DNA of 64,000 bases from Minisyncoccia bacterium (GCA_046598345.1 JBKJIT010000004.1:329226-393225), one strand, 5' to 3'; positions 47,030 through 57,311 are shown, counted from the stretch's first letter. A program made the numbers and translations. Notes: a model not told the origin generated them from the sequence alone.

Positions 47030-48037
47030 TTATATATTAAATAAGGGATTGATAATTCCAAGTCCTGCGAGCCCTGCAAGAAGTGCGAAGAGACCAAGAC
47101 CTATGACTACAACACCAGCAGATTTGAAGAATAAAGGAGCGTGTTTCCCGTGAGCAAATGATGCCGACCCAAATGAAAGGAGCAGGAGCATTGGCAATGT
47201 TCCAAGGGCGAATGCGAGCATGAGAAACAGTCCTGAGATGAAAGAACCACTTCCCAGTGCAGAAACTTGCATAGACTGAGTAAATCCACAAGGCAAGAAG
47301 AAAGTGGCAAACCCGAGAATTAACGGTGTAAAAGTTTTATGTTCAATTCTCCTGAAAAAATTAAACACCCCTGACGGTAATGTAATCTTGTTCTTGGCGA
47401 AAATACCTACCAGATTGAAACCGAGCAGTAACATTACCAAAGATGCCATGATCCCCAATATCGCCGTAAAAGTGAAATTAATACCAATGGCACTTCCCAC
47501 TGCTCCAAGTACGCCTCCCAATACTGCAAAGCTAACGAGTCTGCCCACATGGAAAAGCAAGAATGTTTTTGTGTCACTTTCATTGTCCTGTGATATTTTT
47601 GCAGACAGTGACAGGATCAAACCACCAACAATAGCAAGGCAACTTGATACAGAGGCGATTAGACCAATGATAAAGCTTGTTAGGGGGGTGATTTGACCTC
47701 CTATTCCAAGATTCAATATCCCCGATTTCTGCAAAAGGAAGAACAGGGCAAGGAATGCAAGTCCGACTGGTAGTGCTTTCCAAATAACTCCATCAGTTTG
47801 GTTTTCAGTAATTGATTTTTCAACTGACAGAACGTAACCGTTTTTCTGAATCTTACTGGTAAGAATTTTTGCTAATTCGAGAGAACTCTGATCGCTATCA
47901 GTTTCTATTGTTACCGTCTCGTTCTTTAGATCAACATGAGCACTTTTAATGAAGTCTTGCTCGATCAAGATACCCTCGATTAAGATTTTGCACGATGCAC
48001 AGTTGGTGCCTGTAACATGGAGAGTGTAAGTATTCAT
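47030..48037 (-). CDS. HMA domain + DsbD_2/TauE-like membrane protein
   Basis: GTNCASC, SSCLAIVGG, FHVGRL, FFLPCGFTQ and FALGTLP motifs. Confidence 0.88.
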   Translation of the reverse strand: MNTYTLHVTGTNCASCKILIEGILIEQDFIKSAHVDLKNETVTIETDSDQSSLELAKILTSKIQKNGYVLSVEKSITENQTDGVIWKALPVGLAFLALFFLLQKSGILNLGIGGQITPLTSFIIGLIASVSSCLAIVGGLILSLSAKISQDNESDTKTFLLFHVGRLVSFAVLGGVLGAVGSAIGINFTFTAILGIMASLVMLLLGFNLVGIFAKNKITLPSGVFNFFRRIEHKTFTPLILGFATFFLPCGFTQSMQVSALGSGSFISGLFLMLAFALGTLPMLLLLSFGSASFAHGKHAPLFFKSAGVVVIGLGLFALLAGLAGLGIINPLFNI

Positions 48038-48039
48038 GA

Positions 48040-50334
48040 TTATAGTTTTTTAGCCTTAATACGAAGTGAGTTCGACACCACTGATACACTCGACATTGCC
48101 ATGGCAAAGCCAGCAAAGATTGGATTAAGTAGCCAGCCAAAGATTGGGTAGAAGAGACCAGCCGCAAGTGGGATACCTACAATGTTATAAATGAAAGCCC
48201 AGAAAAGATTTTGCTTGATTCCTCGCATCGTTATCTTTGAGAGCTTGATTGCTTTCACAAGCTTTGAAATATCCCCACCGAGAAGCGTGATGCCCGCAGA
48301 CTCTATTGCCACATCGGTACCTGTTCCCATGGCAATACCAACATCAGCCTGAGCGAGCGCGGGCGCGTCATTTACGCCATCACCTGCCATTGCAACCACA
48401 CGACCTTGCGATTGCAGCTCTTTAATCTTTTGCAGTTTATCCTGTGGCAAAACATGAGCGACAACGTCATCAATGCCCACGAGAGACGCAATATACTTTG
48501 CAGCCTTTTCATCATCTCCGGTAAGCATAACAACTTTGATGCCGAGTGCGTGAAGGTTTTTTATAGCCTCTACTGACTCTGCTTTGATTTCATCTGCTAC
48601 CATTACGAAACCAAGAACTTGTTTCTTAGTAGCAAGGATAACAGGAGTTTTGCCTTGTGAAGTGAACTCATTGAGTCTTTCTCCATCAAACGAAAGTCCA
48701 AGATCGCTTACAAGCTTTGCATTGCCGACAAAGTATTCTGTGCCGTTGATTGTTCCCGTAAGGCCTTTGCCTTGTATACCCTCAAAACCTGACACCTCGG
48801 AAATAGATACATCTTTCTCTTCCGCATAGTTCACGATCGCATGGGCGATTGGATGTTCCGACTTCTTCTCCAGTGAAGCAAGGATTGAAATCAATTCACT
48901 ATCTTTTAAATTTGAAAGATTTTGTATATCTACCAGAGTAGGTTTGCCTTTGGTGATTGTTCCTGTCTTGTCCACAACGACCGTATTCACCTTATGAAGC
49001 TTTTCAAGCGTTGCAGCATCTTTAATGAGAATGCCCTCTTTAGCACCTTTTCCGACTCCCACAATAATTGCCGTTGGCGTTGCGAGTCCGAGAGCACAAG
49101 GACAAGCGATAACAAGTATGCCCACAAATGAAACGAGCCCGAATGAGAGTGCTTGAGAAAAACCTAAGTATTGTGACCCAATAATGAGCCATGCACCAAG
49201 GGTAAGGAAAGCAATCACGAGCACAATAGGTACAAAGATTGCTGATATTTTATCTGCCAATGCCTGTATCGGAGCCTTGCTTCCCTGTGCCTCTTCAACC
49301 ATTTTTATAATCTGAGCGAGAAGTGTTTCAGACCCAACTTTAGTAGCCTGAAACGTAAACGAACCGCTTGTATTAATTGTTCCTGACACAACACTATCTC
49401 CAATCTTCTTCTGTGCTGGCATCGGCTCCCCAGTAACCATAGATTCATCAATAAACGAACTTCCGTCGGTTATGACACCGTCTACAGGAATTTTTGCTCC
49501 TGGCTTCACGGTAATGTGATCGCCATGCTTTACTTCGTCCACTCTAATCTCTACTTCTTTTCCATCTCGTATAACCAATGCTGTTTTAGCTTGGAGATTG
49601 AGAAGCTTTTCAATAGCATCACCTGTTTTTATTTTTGAGCGAGCTTCAAGATATTTACCAAGTGCAATAAAGGTAATGACTACAATTGTTACGTCGTAAT
49701 ATTGATATTCCACATTTATGAACGGACTAAGAACATCTTCAAATGCACTGACTGCGAAACTGTATAAAAAGGCAGCAACGGTACCGATACCGATAAGCGT
49801 ATCCATATTTGCTTTTCCATATCGCAAGAATCTATAAAAACCAAGGAGGTACGGCTTCCCCACAACAAATAGAATATAGGTAGCAAAGATTGGGAGAAGA
49901 TGGTGGAAGAACTCCTTGAGGGTGTAGCTCATTGCGGGAACATTGCTGTACTCTGCGAGAATGTCCCAGCCCATAACGAATGCCGCAAAAATTGCGAGCG
50001 GTATAGCTGAAACAACTTTCGTTCTCATATCACTAACTTCAGCAAGCTTCTCCTTCTTGGACTGATTAAGCCCCAAATGAGCTGCATGCTCGTCAAGAGA
50101 CATACCCATCTCTTCGGCAGAAGCTGGAACATCAAGCGAATACCCGAGAGGCTCTATATGCTTCGATAAATCGTGCGGATTTGTTTTTGAAGGGTCGAAA
50201 GAGACTTTTGCTTTTTCCGTACCATAGTTCACCTCCGCAGAATGAACACCTTCAACCTTCTTAAAGGTCTTCTCGATTACCGATGAGCATGAAGCACAAT
50301 GCATTCCTTTTACTTTGTATGTTTGTGTATGCAT
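48040..50334 (-). CDS. copA: Copper-translocating P1B-type ATPase
   Basis: GMHCASC, TGE, CPC, DKTGT, SEHP, GDGVNDAP, YN and MAMSS motifs. Confidence 0.96.
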   Translation of the reverse strand: MHTQTYKVKGMHCASCSSVIEKTFKKVEGVHSAEVNYGTEKAKVSFDPSKTNPHDLSKHIEPLGYSLDVPASAEEMGMSLDEHAAHLGLNQSKKEKLAEVSDMRTKVVSAIPLAIFAAFVMGWDILAEYSNVPAMSYTLKEFFHHLLPIFATYILFVVGKPYLLGFYRFLRYGKANMDTLIGIGTVAAFLYSFAVSAFEDVLSPFINVEYQYYDVTIVVITFIALGKYLEARSKIKTGDAIEKLLNLQAKTALVIRDGKEVEIRVDEVKHGDHITVKPGAKIPVDGVITDGSSFIDESMVTGEPMPAQKKIGDSVVSGTINTSGSFTFQATKVGSETLLAQIIKMVEEAQGSKAPIQALADKISAIFVPIVLVIAFLTLGAWLIIGSQYLGFSQALSFGLVSFVGILVIACPCALGLATPTAIIVGVGKGAKEGILIKDAATLEKLHKVNTVVVDKTGTITKGKPTLVDIQNLSNLKDSELISILASLEKKSEHPIAHAIVNYAEEKDVSISEVSGFEGIQGKGLTGTINGTEYFVGNAKLVSDLGLSFDGERLNEFTSQGKTPVILATKKQVLGFVMVADEIKAESVEAIKNLHALGIKVVMLTGDDEKAAKYIASLVGIDDVVAHVLPQDKLQKIKELQSQGRVVAMAGDGVNDAPALAQADVGIAMGTGTDVAIESAGITLLGGDISKLVKAIKLSKITMRGIKQNLFWAFIYNIVGIPLAAGLFYPIFGWLLNPIFAGFAMAMSSVSVVSNSLRIKAKKL

Positions 50335-50337
50335 ATA

Positions 50338-50613
50338 TTATTTTCTCTTTAGCTTATACACTTTTAAAATTTCTTGTTTAGCTTTCTCAGTCTGCCCAGC
50401 CTTCACTTGGTTCAAAATACATCCACCTAGATGATTCTCGAGTAGTAAGTCTTCAACATTTGAAAGACCTTGTTTTACTGCTGATGTTTGTGTGATTACG
50501 TCTATACAGTATGTGTCACTTTCAATCATCTTTTGCAGACCTCGAACTTGACCCTCAAGAAGCTTGAGTCTGCGAATAATTTTTCCTTTATTTTTATCTT
50601 CCATATATTTCAT
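50338..50613 (-). CDS. csoR: CsoR family metal-sensing repressor
   Basis: RRLKLLEGQVRGLQKMI, YCIDV and ENHLGGC motifs. Confidence 0.92.
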   Translation of the reverse strand: MKYMEDKNKGKIIRRLKLLEGQVRGLQKMIESDTYCIDVITQTSAVKQGLSNVEDLLLENHLGGCILNQVKAGQTEKAKQEILKVYKLKRK

Positions 50614-50624
50614 ATGTACTGAGT

Positions 50625-50646
50625 ATATACCCCCTAGGGGGTATAT
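50625..50646. promoter_or_regulatory. CsoR operator
   Basis: Perfect 22-bp palindrome ATATACCCCCTAGGGGGTATAT over the csoR promoter, with the C-tract/G-tract form typical of CsoR sites. Confidence 0.88.
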
Positions 50647-50656
50647 TGCAAGTACA

Positions 50657-50690
50657 ACAAAAAGACCATCCACTCGGATGGTCTTTTTGT
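50657..50690 (-). terminator. Terminator downstream of tRNA-Gln
   Basis: acaaaaagaccatcc/ggatggtctttttgt. Confidence 0.7.
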
Positions 50691-50742
50691 TTGGATACTA
50701 CTCCAAGCCAGGCGTGAGAAAAGTTTCACTTCGTGCACAGGG

Positions 50743-50813
50743 CTGGGGTACAAGGACTCGAACCTCGATACTCAGGACCAAAACCTGATGTCCTACCATT
50801 AGACGATACCCCA
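50743..50813 (-). tRNA. tRNA-Gln(UUG), CCA not encoded
   Basis: Acceptor stem TGGGGTA/TACCCCA, anticodon arm TCAGG-TTTTGGT-CCTGA, T-loop GGTTCGAGTCC. Confidence 0.95.
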
Positions 50814-50877
50814 GCTCTATGTGCGAATGTATTACACTTTTCTTAATTGAGCGAACGCCGCCTGTATGGCTTTCATG

Positions 50878-50893
50878 CCATTAGACGATACCC
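50878..50893 (-). repeat. 16-bp direct duplicate of the tRNA-Gln 5' end
   Basis: ccattagacgataccc is identical to 50796..50811. Confidence 0.8.
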
Positions 50894-51120
50894 AAAAAAA
50901 TATTTATTTAGGCACTGATTGTGCCGAAATTTAGCTTAAATAGCAATAGGGATATACGCAAACGTGATGTTGTCCTAGGGTAACCCCTGGGGTTATATCT
51001 CTAGGGCAATACAGCCCTTTCTTAAGAGACGCGGATTCTTTGCACTTTTTACCCTCCTGTTTTTTATTCTCATGGTATTCCTCCCCACCACTCCAATAAT
51101 TGAATTGGTATACTAAATGA

Positions 51121-51720
51121 ATGTTTCCCAAAAGCAGTTTTGAGTACAAAACACTCATAAAGCTAAACACCACCGAAAAAATCCAGACCTTTCTCGATTC
51201 AATCCCTTTTAATAATCGTCTCTCGTGTATGTCAGTGCGTCGCGTGCTTGAAAAAAAGCGTGCCCACTGTTTTGAAGGTGCGTTTGTCGCTGCTGCGTGC
51301 CTCGTTCTTATGGGTGAAAAACCAATCATAGTGAGCCTTAAAGTTAAGAAACCAGACGATGATCACATTCTCGTCATCTTTAAGCGAAATGGATTTTATG
51401 GTGCAATGAGTAAAACGAGCCATCCGGTGCTCCGCTATCGCGACCCTGTGTACAAATCAATTCGAGAATTGGTGATGTCGTACTTCCACGAATATTTCCT
51501 TTTTAAAACAGGAGCAAAAACTATGCTTGGATATACGAAACCAATCAATCTAGAAAAATTCGGATTTTGCTGGATCACTGATACAAAGGATCAGTGGGAC
51601 TTAGCAATACACGTTCACGATATGCCAACAACCTCTGTCATTCCCAAACAAAACAAACGATATATACGCACAGTTACTACATTTGAACGCACTGCTCTCG
51701 ACGTACTTGAGTGGAAGTAA
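51121..51720 (+). CDS. Conserved hypothetical protein, transglutaminase/papain-like
   Basis: AHCFEGAFVAA, DDDH, LRYRDPVY and ELVMSYFHEY motifs. Confidence 0.7.
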   Translation: MFPKSSFEYKTLIKLNTTEKIQTFLDSIPFNNRLSCMSVRRVLEKKRAHCFEGAFVAAACLVLMGEKPIIVSLKVKKPDDDHILVIFKRNGFYGAMSKTSHPVLRYRDPVYKSIRELVMSYFHEYFLFKTGAKTMLGYTKPINLEKFGFCWITDTKDQWDLAIHVHDMPTTSVIPKQNKRYIRTVTTFERTALDVLEWK

Positions 51721-51727
51721 CTAGTAA

Positions 51728-51755
51728 AGGGCTATCGCATCGCTGCGATAGCCCT
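51728..51755. terminator. Hairpin between convergent genes
   Basis: agggctatcgca/tgcgatagccct. Confidence 0.65.
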
Positions 51756-51781
51756 AGGTCTTCCATGTTCATCGTACTTGG

Positions 51782-52189
51782 TCACTTCCGCGAGCGGAGC
51801 CAAGGCCAGTCTGGCCACAGTCTCTCTGCCACAACTCGGGAATGTTTGACCGACTCCGGATTAACGGTTCGAGCCATCTTGAGCTCGTTCAGACTCACCT
51901 CTTTTACCCTGAAGGGAGCTGAATGGTACCGAGCAAAATCCGCTTCCCTCAGCACCCCACGCATGTCACAGATCCTCCCATCCGGAGTACGTACTCCAAC
52001 GTGACATATGACATTTCGTCTCGCAGAGAGCTTCTCCCAATCTTTGATAATAGCCACGAGCGGCCACCCGAATTCCTGATGCAGCGCAACGGCAAAGGCG
52101 ACGCATTCACCGTATTCAAACAATTGAACCCGGCTATTTGCGTAAGGGAGATACTCCTGATTACGCCCCATGGAAATTGATGCAGACAT
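51782..52189 (-). CDS. Hypothetical protein with a Cys-His-Asp papain-like signature (ORFan with SD)
   Basis: GECVAFAVALH...GWP...HVGV...DMRG; AGGAGG SD. Confidence 0.65.
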   Translation of the reverse strand: MSASISMGRNQEYLPYANSRVQLFEYGECVAFAVALHQEFGWPLVAIIKDWEKLSARRNVICHVGVRTPDGRICDMRGVLREADFARYHSAPFRVKEVSLNELKMARTVNPESVKHSRVVAERLWPDWPWLRSRK

Positions 52190-52298
52190 CGGTACCTCCT
52201 TTCTTTCAAGGTTGAAATCTATCCGTAGAATGACACAGGTTATAGTATTTGTAAAGCACTATCCGTGAACACTCTATATTCACGCGAGAGATAGTGAA

Positions 52299-52757
52299 TT
52301 ACTTGGGCGACCTAAATATTGGATGCACTGGGTTGTAGTGCTTTGGATCGTGGAGATAACTCATAAAAAACTGTGGGATATTCTGAATCGTTTGCCCCTG
52401 GACGTTAATAAAATCAACTGCCCCTAATTCTTTAGCTCGCTTAATTTTATTTTCTTCAAAAAAATTCGTGAGTATCATTACGGGAATCTCCGCAGTACGT
52501 AAATCAGATTTCAGAGCCTGAATTCCTTCAAATCCATCTCGCTCAGCGGGGCCATCATTTTTGGAGAGCATAATATCCATCGAGATGATATCGGGTGCAA
52601 TCTTACTTACTTCCTCAGGAAAAAAACCGTCGGCATTTTCGAGGAACATTACTTCGAATCCTTTCTGTTCAAACACATCTTTATAAAGAGGCCGATTGTG
52701 TTTATTGTCTTCCACAATCAGTATAAGAACCTTATGCTTACGATCCTTATTTGTCAT
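52299..52757 (-). CDS. Single-domain response regulator
   Basis: ILIVEDN, PDIISMDIML, IPVMILT and GAVDFI motifs. Confidence 0.88.
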   Translation of the reverse strand: MTNKDRKHKVLILIVEDNKHNRPLYKDVFEQKGFEVMFLENADGFFPEEVSKIAPDIISMDIMLSKNDGPAERDGFEGIQALKSDLRTAEIPVMILTNFFEENKIKRAKELGAVDFINVQGQTIQNIPQFFMSYLHDPKHYNPVHPIFRSPK

Positions 52758-52847
52758 ACTTTATTTTACCACGATAGAGGCCTTCCTACAGGCTTCCTGT
52801 GCTCAGAATTATGAAGACTTTGCTAATGGATGCTACACTCAAACTAT

Positions 52848-53108
52848 ATGAAAACAAAACTTGGTCTCATACTCGCAGGTGCGTATGTTCTTATGGCACT
52901 GTATTTAATAGTGACGCAGGGACTTTTTGGAGAAAGCTTTATTGCAATCCTACTTGGCATGCCGTGGACACTCCTCCTTTCAGCGGTTGAGTTTTTTGGT
53001 ACAAGCGGCGGCGTATTTGGAATTACACTCCTTATTCTCCCCATGGTACTCAACGCCTATTTACTTTACCTAACCGGAAATGCGATTGGACGCCGCCTCG
53101 CGAATTAG
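52848..53108 (+). CDS. Small membrane protein
   Basis: Three hydrophobic segments; LGMPW. Confidence 0.65.
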   Translation: MKTKLGLILAGAYVLMALYLIVTQGLFGESFIAILLGMPWTLLLSAVEFFGTSGGVFGITLLILPMVLNAYLLYLTGNAIGRRLAN

Positions 53109-53184
53109 CTTCTAGTATACGTAATAAGTGCCTACTGTTTGCACTCTGTGTAAAGAACCATCTCGCCAATGTTAAAATGTGCAC

Positions 53185-53535
53185 ATGACCAATTTGTTAC
53201 GAACACCGAAGACTGCTGCAAACTATAACGCCGTGCGCGCAAGTGGTGTTATGGACACAAAGTGTGCTCTTTGTGAGATTGCTCCCATTACACTGTTTAC
53301 CTACTGGAAGATTACTCCTAATAACTTTCCTTTTGATCGCATTGCAGAGACCCATGAAATGGTAGTTCCTATTCGCCACACTACAGAAGACGGACTCACA
53401 CCTGAGGAAATACAAGAATTGCACACGATCAAAAAACGCCACCTCAAAAAATATAATTATATTATAGAAGCAGTCGCCAAATCCATTCCCACACATTTTC
53501 ATTTACACCTTATTGTCGTTAAGGAATTGTCTTGA
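53185..53535 (+). CDS. HIT-like family protein
   Basis: CALC, NNFPF, VPIRH and SIPTHFHLHL motifs. Confidence 0.75.
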   Translation: MTNLLRTPKTAANYNAVRASGVMDTKCALCEIAPITLFTYWKITPNNFPFDRIAETHEMVVPIRHTTEDGLTPEEIQELHTIKKRHLKKYNYIIEAVAKSIPTHFHLHLIVVKELS

Positions 53536-53631
53536 TCCTCACTGTATCTTCAGTGGGTGTAGTGAAAAAAGAAGGTCTATTAGTATCAAGAGATAGGTGC
53601 GGCGTTTTAAGATGCACGATTATGCGTGTGG

Positions 53632-53660
53632 TTGACGTTTTAGCATGTATTCACTATGCT
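53632..53660 (+). promoter_or_regulatory. Sigma70-like promoter TTGACG-N17-TATGCT
   Basis: Read directly, upstream of 53705. Confidence 0.6.
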
Positions 53661-53704
53661 GGAGCCAGAAAATCTGAACCGATTGTTGTCCTTAGGAGGC
53701 GAAT

Positions 53705-54079
53705 ATGAAACGTGAACCAAGTACATTGCTCGAAGAATTCCACGCGAACTTTTCTGCTTGGAAAAGCCTTAGCACGCTCAAACCCGCGAATCCCGAGTGG
53801 CTTTCTCGGGACATCAAGAATCTGTACGAACAAATGCTTCATGCTCGACACCTTTTCACCATACGAAACGTAGGTGAGCATGCTGATGCGGATTTTGAAG
53901 GTTTGTTCAAAAATGTGGAGCGAGAATATAAAGAATTCGGGCATGCTGTGCTTGAAGCGATGCAAAGCTCACCCCTAAAGAAAGCCACACGCAAAGACAG
54001 CCCTTCCCCAGCACATTTTCGGCAAGTCACGATAGGTGGTACCACGCTATGGATTAACCTAGACAGAAAATTTGCTTGA
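53705..54079 (+). CDS. Hypothetical protein (ORFan with SD)
   Basis: AGGAGG at 53694..53699; terminator at 54103..54130. Confidence 0.65.
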   Translation: MKREPSTLLEEFHANFSAWKSLSTLKPANPEWLSRDIKNLYEQMLHARHLFTIRNVGEHADADFEGLFKNVEREYKEFGHAVLEAMQSSPLKKATRKDSPSPAHFRQVTIGGTTLWINLDRKFA

Positions 54080-54163
54080 TCTTTCCAGATATACCACCCC
54101 ACAAACCGCCCACTCCTGTGGGCGGTTTTTGCATAGTTCTCATTGGTATATACTTAGATATAT

Positions 54164-54547
54164 ATGGAAGAAATACTTGATACCAAAGAGGAATTCTTGA
54201 TCATCAAACGTGCGAAAAGCTTCACTCATGCGACGAGAGGTCTCTTTGTCTTTCTAAAGACAACCCACAACGCGTGGATTCACCTCACTATTCTTGTATG
54301 TGCGATCGTTCTTGGCATGTACGTAGGCATTTCAAAAACTGAATGGATGTTTCTAGTTATTGCTGCTGGTCTTGTACTTATTTCTGAAGCCTTCAATACT
54401 GCAATTGAGATTGATATCGACCTCACTTCTCCGAACTACCACCCATTCGCAAAGGATACTAAAGATGTAGCGGCGGGGGCAGTACTTATCTCCTCATGTA
54501 CTGCGCTTATTATTGGTCTCTTTATTTTTATACCCTATTTTATATAA
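54164..54547 (+). CDS. dgkA: Diacylglycerol/undecaprenol kinase
   Basis: SFTHA.RG, EAFNTAIE and KDVAAGAVL motifs. Confidence 0.9.
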   Translation: MEEILDTKEEFLIIKRAKSFTHATRGLFVFLKTTHNAWIHLTILVCAIVLGMYVGISKTEWMFLVIAAGLVLISEAFNTAIEIDIDLTSPNYHPFAKDTKDVAAGAVLISSCTALIIGLFIFIPYFI

Positions 54548-54553
54548 AATAGT

Positions 54554-54925
54554 ATGCAAACGAGAAAGCCTGTAAAAAATGTTGACGCGTACATCAAGCT
54601 ATTTCCAAAGGAGGTGGAGGAGAAACTGAACACCATTCGCTCTCTAATATCAAAAGCTGCACCCGATGCTGCTGAAGGAATAAGTTACCGAATTCCAGCA
54701 TATACGTTAAATGGGATTTTAATATATTTTGCCGCATTCACCGAACACGTGAGCCTCTACCCCTACACAGAAAGTATGTGCCTTACGAAGACTGAACTTG
54801 CTAAATACCAAAGCGGGAAAGGGACACTTAAGTTTGACCTGGAAAAAAAATTGCCCGTAGCCTTCATACGTCGAATTCTTAAAATCCGAATAGGGGAGCA
54901 ACGTAAAAAGACAAAGAAAAAATAA
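54554..54925 (+). CDS. DUF1801/YdhG family protein
   Basis: VDAYI, ISYRIPAY, HVSLYP and GKGTLKF motifs. Confidence 0.88.
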   Translation: MQTRKPVKNVDAYIKLFPKEVEEKLNTIRSLISKAAPDAAEGISYRIPAYTLNGILIYFAAFTEHVSLYPYTESMCLTKTELAKYQSGKGTLKFDLEKKLPVAFIRRILKIRIGEQRKKTKKK

Positions 54926-54984
54926 AAAGACCGGCACATGTTTTCACACGCACCGGCCTTGCTGTTCTACTTCCTAGTCCTGGC

Positions 54985-55941
54985 TTACCCCTTTCCGTAG
55001 CCCCAGCAATACTCGGATTGCGGGCTTACGCATTCCGATCCGGTGGATTGTTGCACACCATCACGGTTGTACTTGCGCTTCGGGAACTTTGCATCCGGCT
55101 TCTCGAACTCGATGTTTCCGAGTCCGTAAATGACGAACTGCTGACTGCAGTCCACTCCCGGTTCTGTTTCGTATATTTCCCCACTCACGACAACCTCGAG
55201 CGGTACGCCAGGGAAAACAGGCCACGCAACACCCTGAACTTCGTCCATGGGGTATGTCTTGCCACGAACGCGGTACTGGATGTTACGGATGTCACAGGCT
55301 GGCCAGTTCGTTGAGTAAATGGCAGCCTCGTAGCCCGTTACGAGAGCCTTACCCGCCGTCGCCGAAAATGTGACGGCAGCACCGAAGTTGTTCATCATTC
55401 CCGGCAACGGTGGCACAGGCGACACGCTGTAGTTGAGCGACACACTGGACACATCAAACGTGTCACAATTCTCGCTCATCTCTGCTGTCGTGCTGTCCCC
55501 CGTTTCGAAGCTTGAGTGAACGCCGGTGCTCCATTCAATTCTTTCGCCCTTCACCTTTGTAATGGCGATTCGTACCGGACCATCCATCGGACGCTTGCTG
55601 CTGCCCGTGGTCACCCTGATTTGGAACGACTGGAATTGCGCCCATATAGTGCCAACCAGGTCGAACTTCATGCTGCCCGCGGCCTTCTTTGCAGCCGCAC
55701 CATTCACCACCACTTTGTCGATGAGGTCCAAGCCATCCTCGATCTTGATTTCGACGGAGGTTGTCCTAATATAGGCGTTGTCGACATAAAGGTATGCGTT
55801 CAGCGCCCAAACTGGAACGGTTGTTGGTGCGATCGTGTTGGTGATCGAGAAACAGTACGAGCTATATGCTCCCGCCAAGGAACCGAACGAAATGAGCGCA
55901 AACATTGCACCCACGGCCAAGCCAAGCCATTTTTTCAACAT
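54985..55941 (-). CDS. Hypothetical secreted protein, visibly GC-richer
   Basis: 318 aa; signal peptide; own promoter at 56008..56036 and AAGGGG SD. Confidence 0.7.
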   Translation of the reverse strand: MLKKWLGLAVGAMFALISFGSLAGAYSSYCFSITNTIAPTTVPVWALNAYLYVDNAYIRTTSVEIKIEDGLDLIDKVVVNGAAAKKAAGSMKFDLVGTIWAQFQSFQIRVTTGSSKRPMDGPVRIAITKVKGERIEWSTGVHSSFETGDSTTAEMSENCDTFDVSSVSLNYSVSPVPPLPGMMNNFGAAVTFSATAGKALVTGYEAAIYSTNWPACDIRNIQYRVRGKTYPMDEVQGVAWPVFPGVPLEVVVSGEIYETEPGVDCSQQFVIYGLGNIEFEKPDAKFPKRKYNRDGVQQSTGSECVSPQSEYCWGYGKG

Positions 55942-56007
55942 TCTATTCCCCTTTCTAGGTTATACAACAAAAAAGTCGTCCGGAGACGCCTTTGAACGAC
56001 TTCTTAT

Positions 56008-56036
56008 ATAATAACACACTATTAAGTATTTTGCAA
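56008..56036 (-). promoter_or_regulatory. Promoter TTGCAA-N17-TATTAT with extended -10 TG
   Basis: Read on the minus strand. Confidence 0.6.
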
Positions 56037-56164
56037 GCTCTAAGCACACCTCATTGCCCTAGCAGCGTGAGTTTTCTAGCTAAGACCCACGGAAAGCTCA
56101 ATGCGGTGATGTTACGTTTCGTGTACGGACTCGTATAGAATACATATATAATCTTGTATAAAAC

Positions 56165-57247
56165 ATGCAAAAATCCTATCTTATCGTACTTGTTCTTCTC
56201 GCAATCCTTGCAATCGCTGTTTTTGCTGTATTAATGAAAGAACCTCCAACCGAAGAGCTCACCACATTGGGACCAAAAGATATTGTGTACATGATTGGAA
56301 GTGATAAAATTCTCCTTTCAAACGGGAGGGCCGAGGTGCCTGCTGCACCGGGTTCTGCAACAAGCATAGTGACCGCATCGTATGGAAATGAGGTAACCGG
56401 TGACCTAAATAATGACGGCGTGGATGATACTGCGTTTCTCCTCACGCAGAGTGGCGGGAGTGGCACATTTTTCTATGTGGTTGCAGCACTTCAGTCTCAG
56501 AGTGGATACGTAGGTACAAATGGTATCTTACTTGGAGATCGTATTCTTCCCGAAACCCCGATCATTCGTGATGGCGAGATTTTCGTACAGTATCTCGATC
56601 GAAAGCAAGGTGAGCCGATGACGAATGGACCCTCGGTCGCAAAAGAAAGGATTTTTTATGTAGAGAATAACGTACTTATAGAACGGGTAAAAGAACTGGA
56701 AAAACCAGAGCCACTTCCCACTCCAGTACCAGCTTCGTTCAACACTACTGTATCGATTTTAAAAGGTACTAGCATTTCGTTTACTAATGGTCTCAAACTA
56801 ACGCTTACCGAAATTGGTGATTCACGTTGCAAGGACGACGTACAGTGTATTTGGCAGGGAGAGCTTACGTATACCCTCCAAGTAACAGGTGCTAACCTTC
56901 TAAAAGCGGATACTATTGTGCTTGGGACTGAGCGCGCTGCGCAGGTTACGCAAAATGGATATGTCTACACACTCATTACGGGCAGAGAAAATGGTCTCGA
57001 TCTTACAGTTGCCAAAACCCCTGTTGTTACGACACCACCAGATTCAACAGGCATGTGTTACGTAGGTGGCTGTAGCAATGAAGTATGCTCGGATCAGCCT
57101 GACGTAGCATCAAATTGCATCTACAAGCCAGAATTCGCTTGTTACAAAGAAGCATCATGCGAGAGGCAAACCTCCGGTGAATGTGGCTGGACAAAGAACC
57201 CTTCATTCTTGATGTGTCTCAAGACTGCTGAAGGTGACACGATTTAA
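56165..57247 (+). CDS. Membrane-anchored surface protein with a C-terminal Cys-cluster domain
   Basis: GDLNNDG..D, GGSGTFFY, LLGDRI, DSRC..DVQCIWQG and CYVGGCS...CERQTSGECGW motifs. Confidence 0.75.
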   Translation: MQKSYLIVLVLLAILAIAVFAVLMKEPPTEELTTLGPKDIVYMIGSDKILLSNGRAEVPAAPGSATSIVTASYGNEVTGDLNNDGVDDTAFLLTQSGGSGTFFYVVAALQSQSGYVGTNGILLGDRILPETPIIRDGEIFVQYLDRKQGEPMTNGPSVAKERIFYVENNVLIERVKELEKPEPLPTPVPASFNTTVSILKGTSISFTNGLKLTLTEIGDSRCKDDVQCIWQGELTYTLQVTGANLLKADTIVLGTERAAQVTQNGYVYTLITGRENGLDLTVAKTPVVTTPPDSTGMCYVGGCSNEVCSDQPDVASNCIYKPEFACYKEASCERQTSGECGWTKNPSFLMCLKTAEGDTI

Positions 57248-57311
57248 ATTTGACGTGCTGTAGTTCACTTGTATAATATTGGTTCGCAATGGTGCGAACA
57301 GGAGGAGCTTA

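Noticed and set aside
39500-50743. Genomic island integrated at the tRNA-Gln 3' end
   Set aside because: The cargo looks accessory, but no integrase and no duplicated tRNA 3' end were found
37294-52757. Histidine kinase and response regulator as a cognate pair
   Set aside because: They are 14 kb apart with no linking evidence
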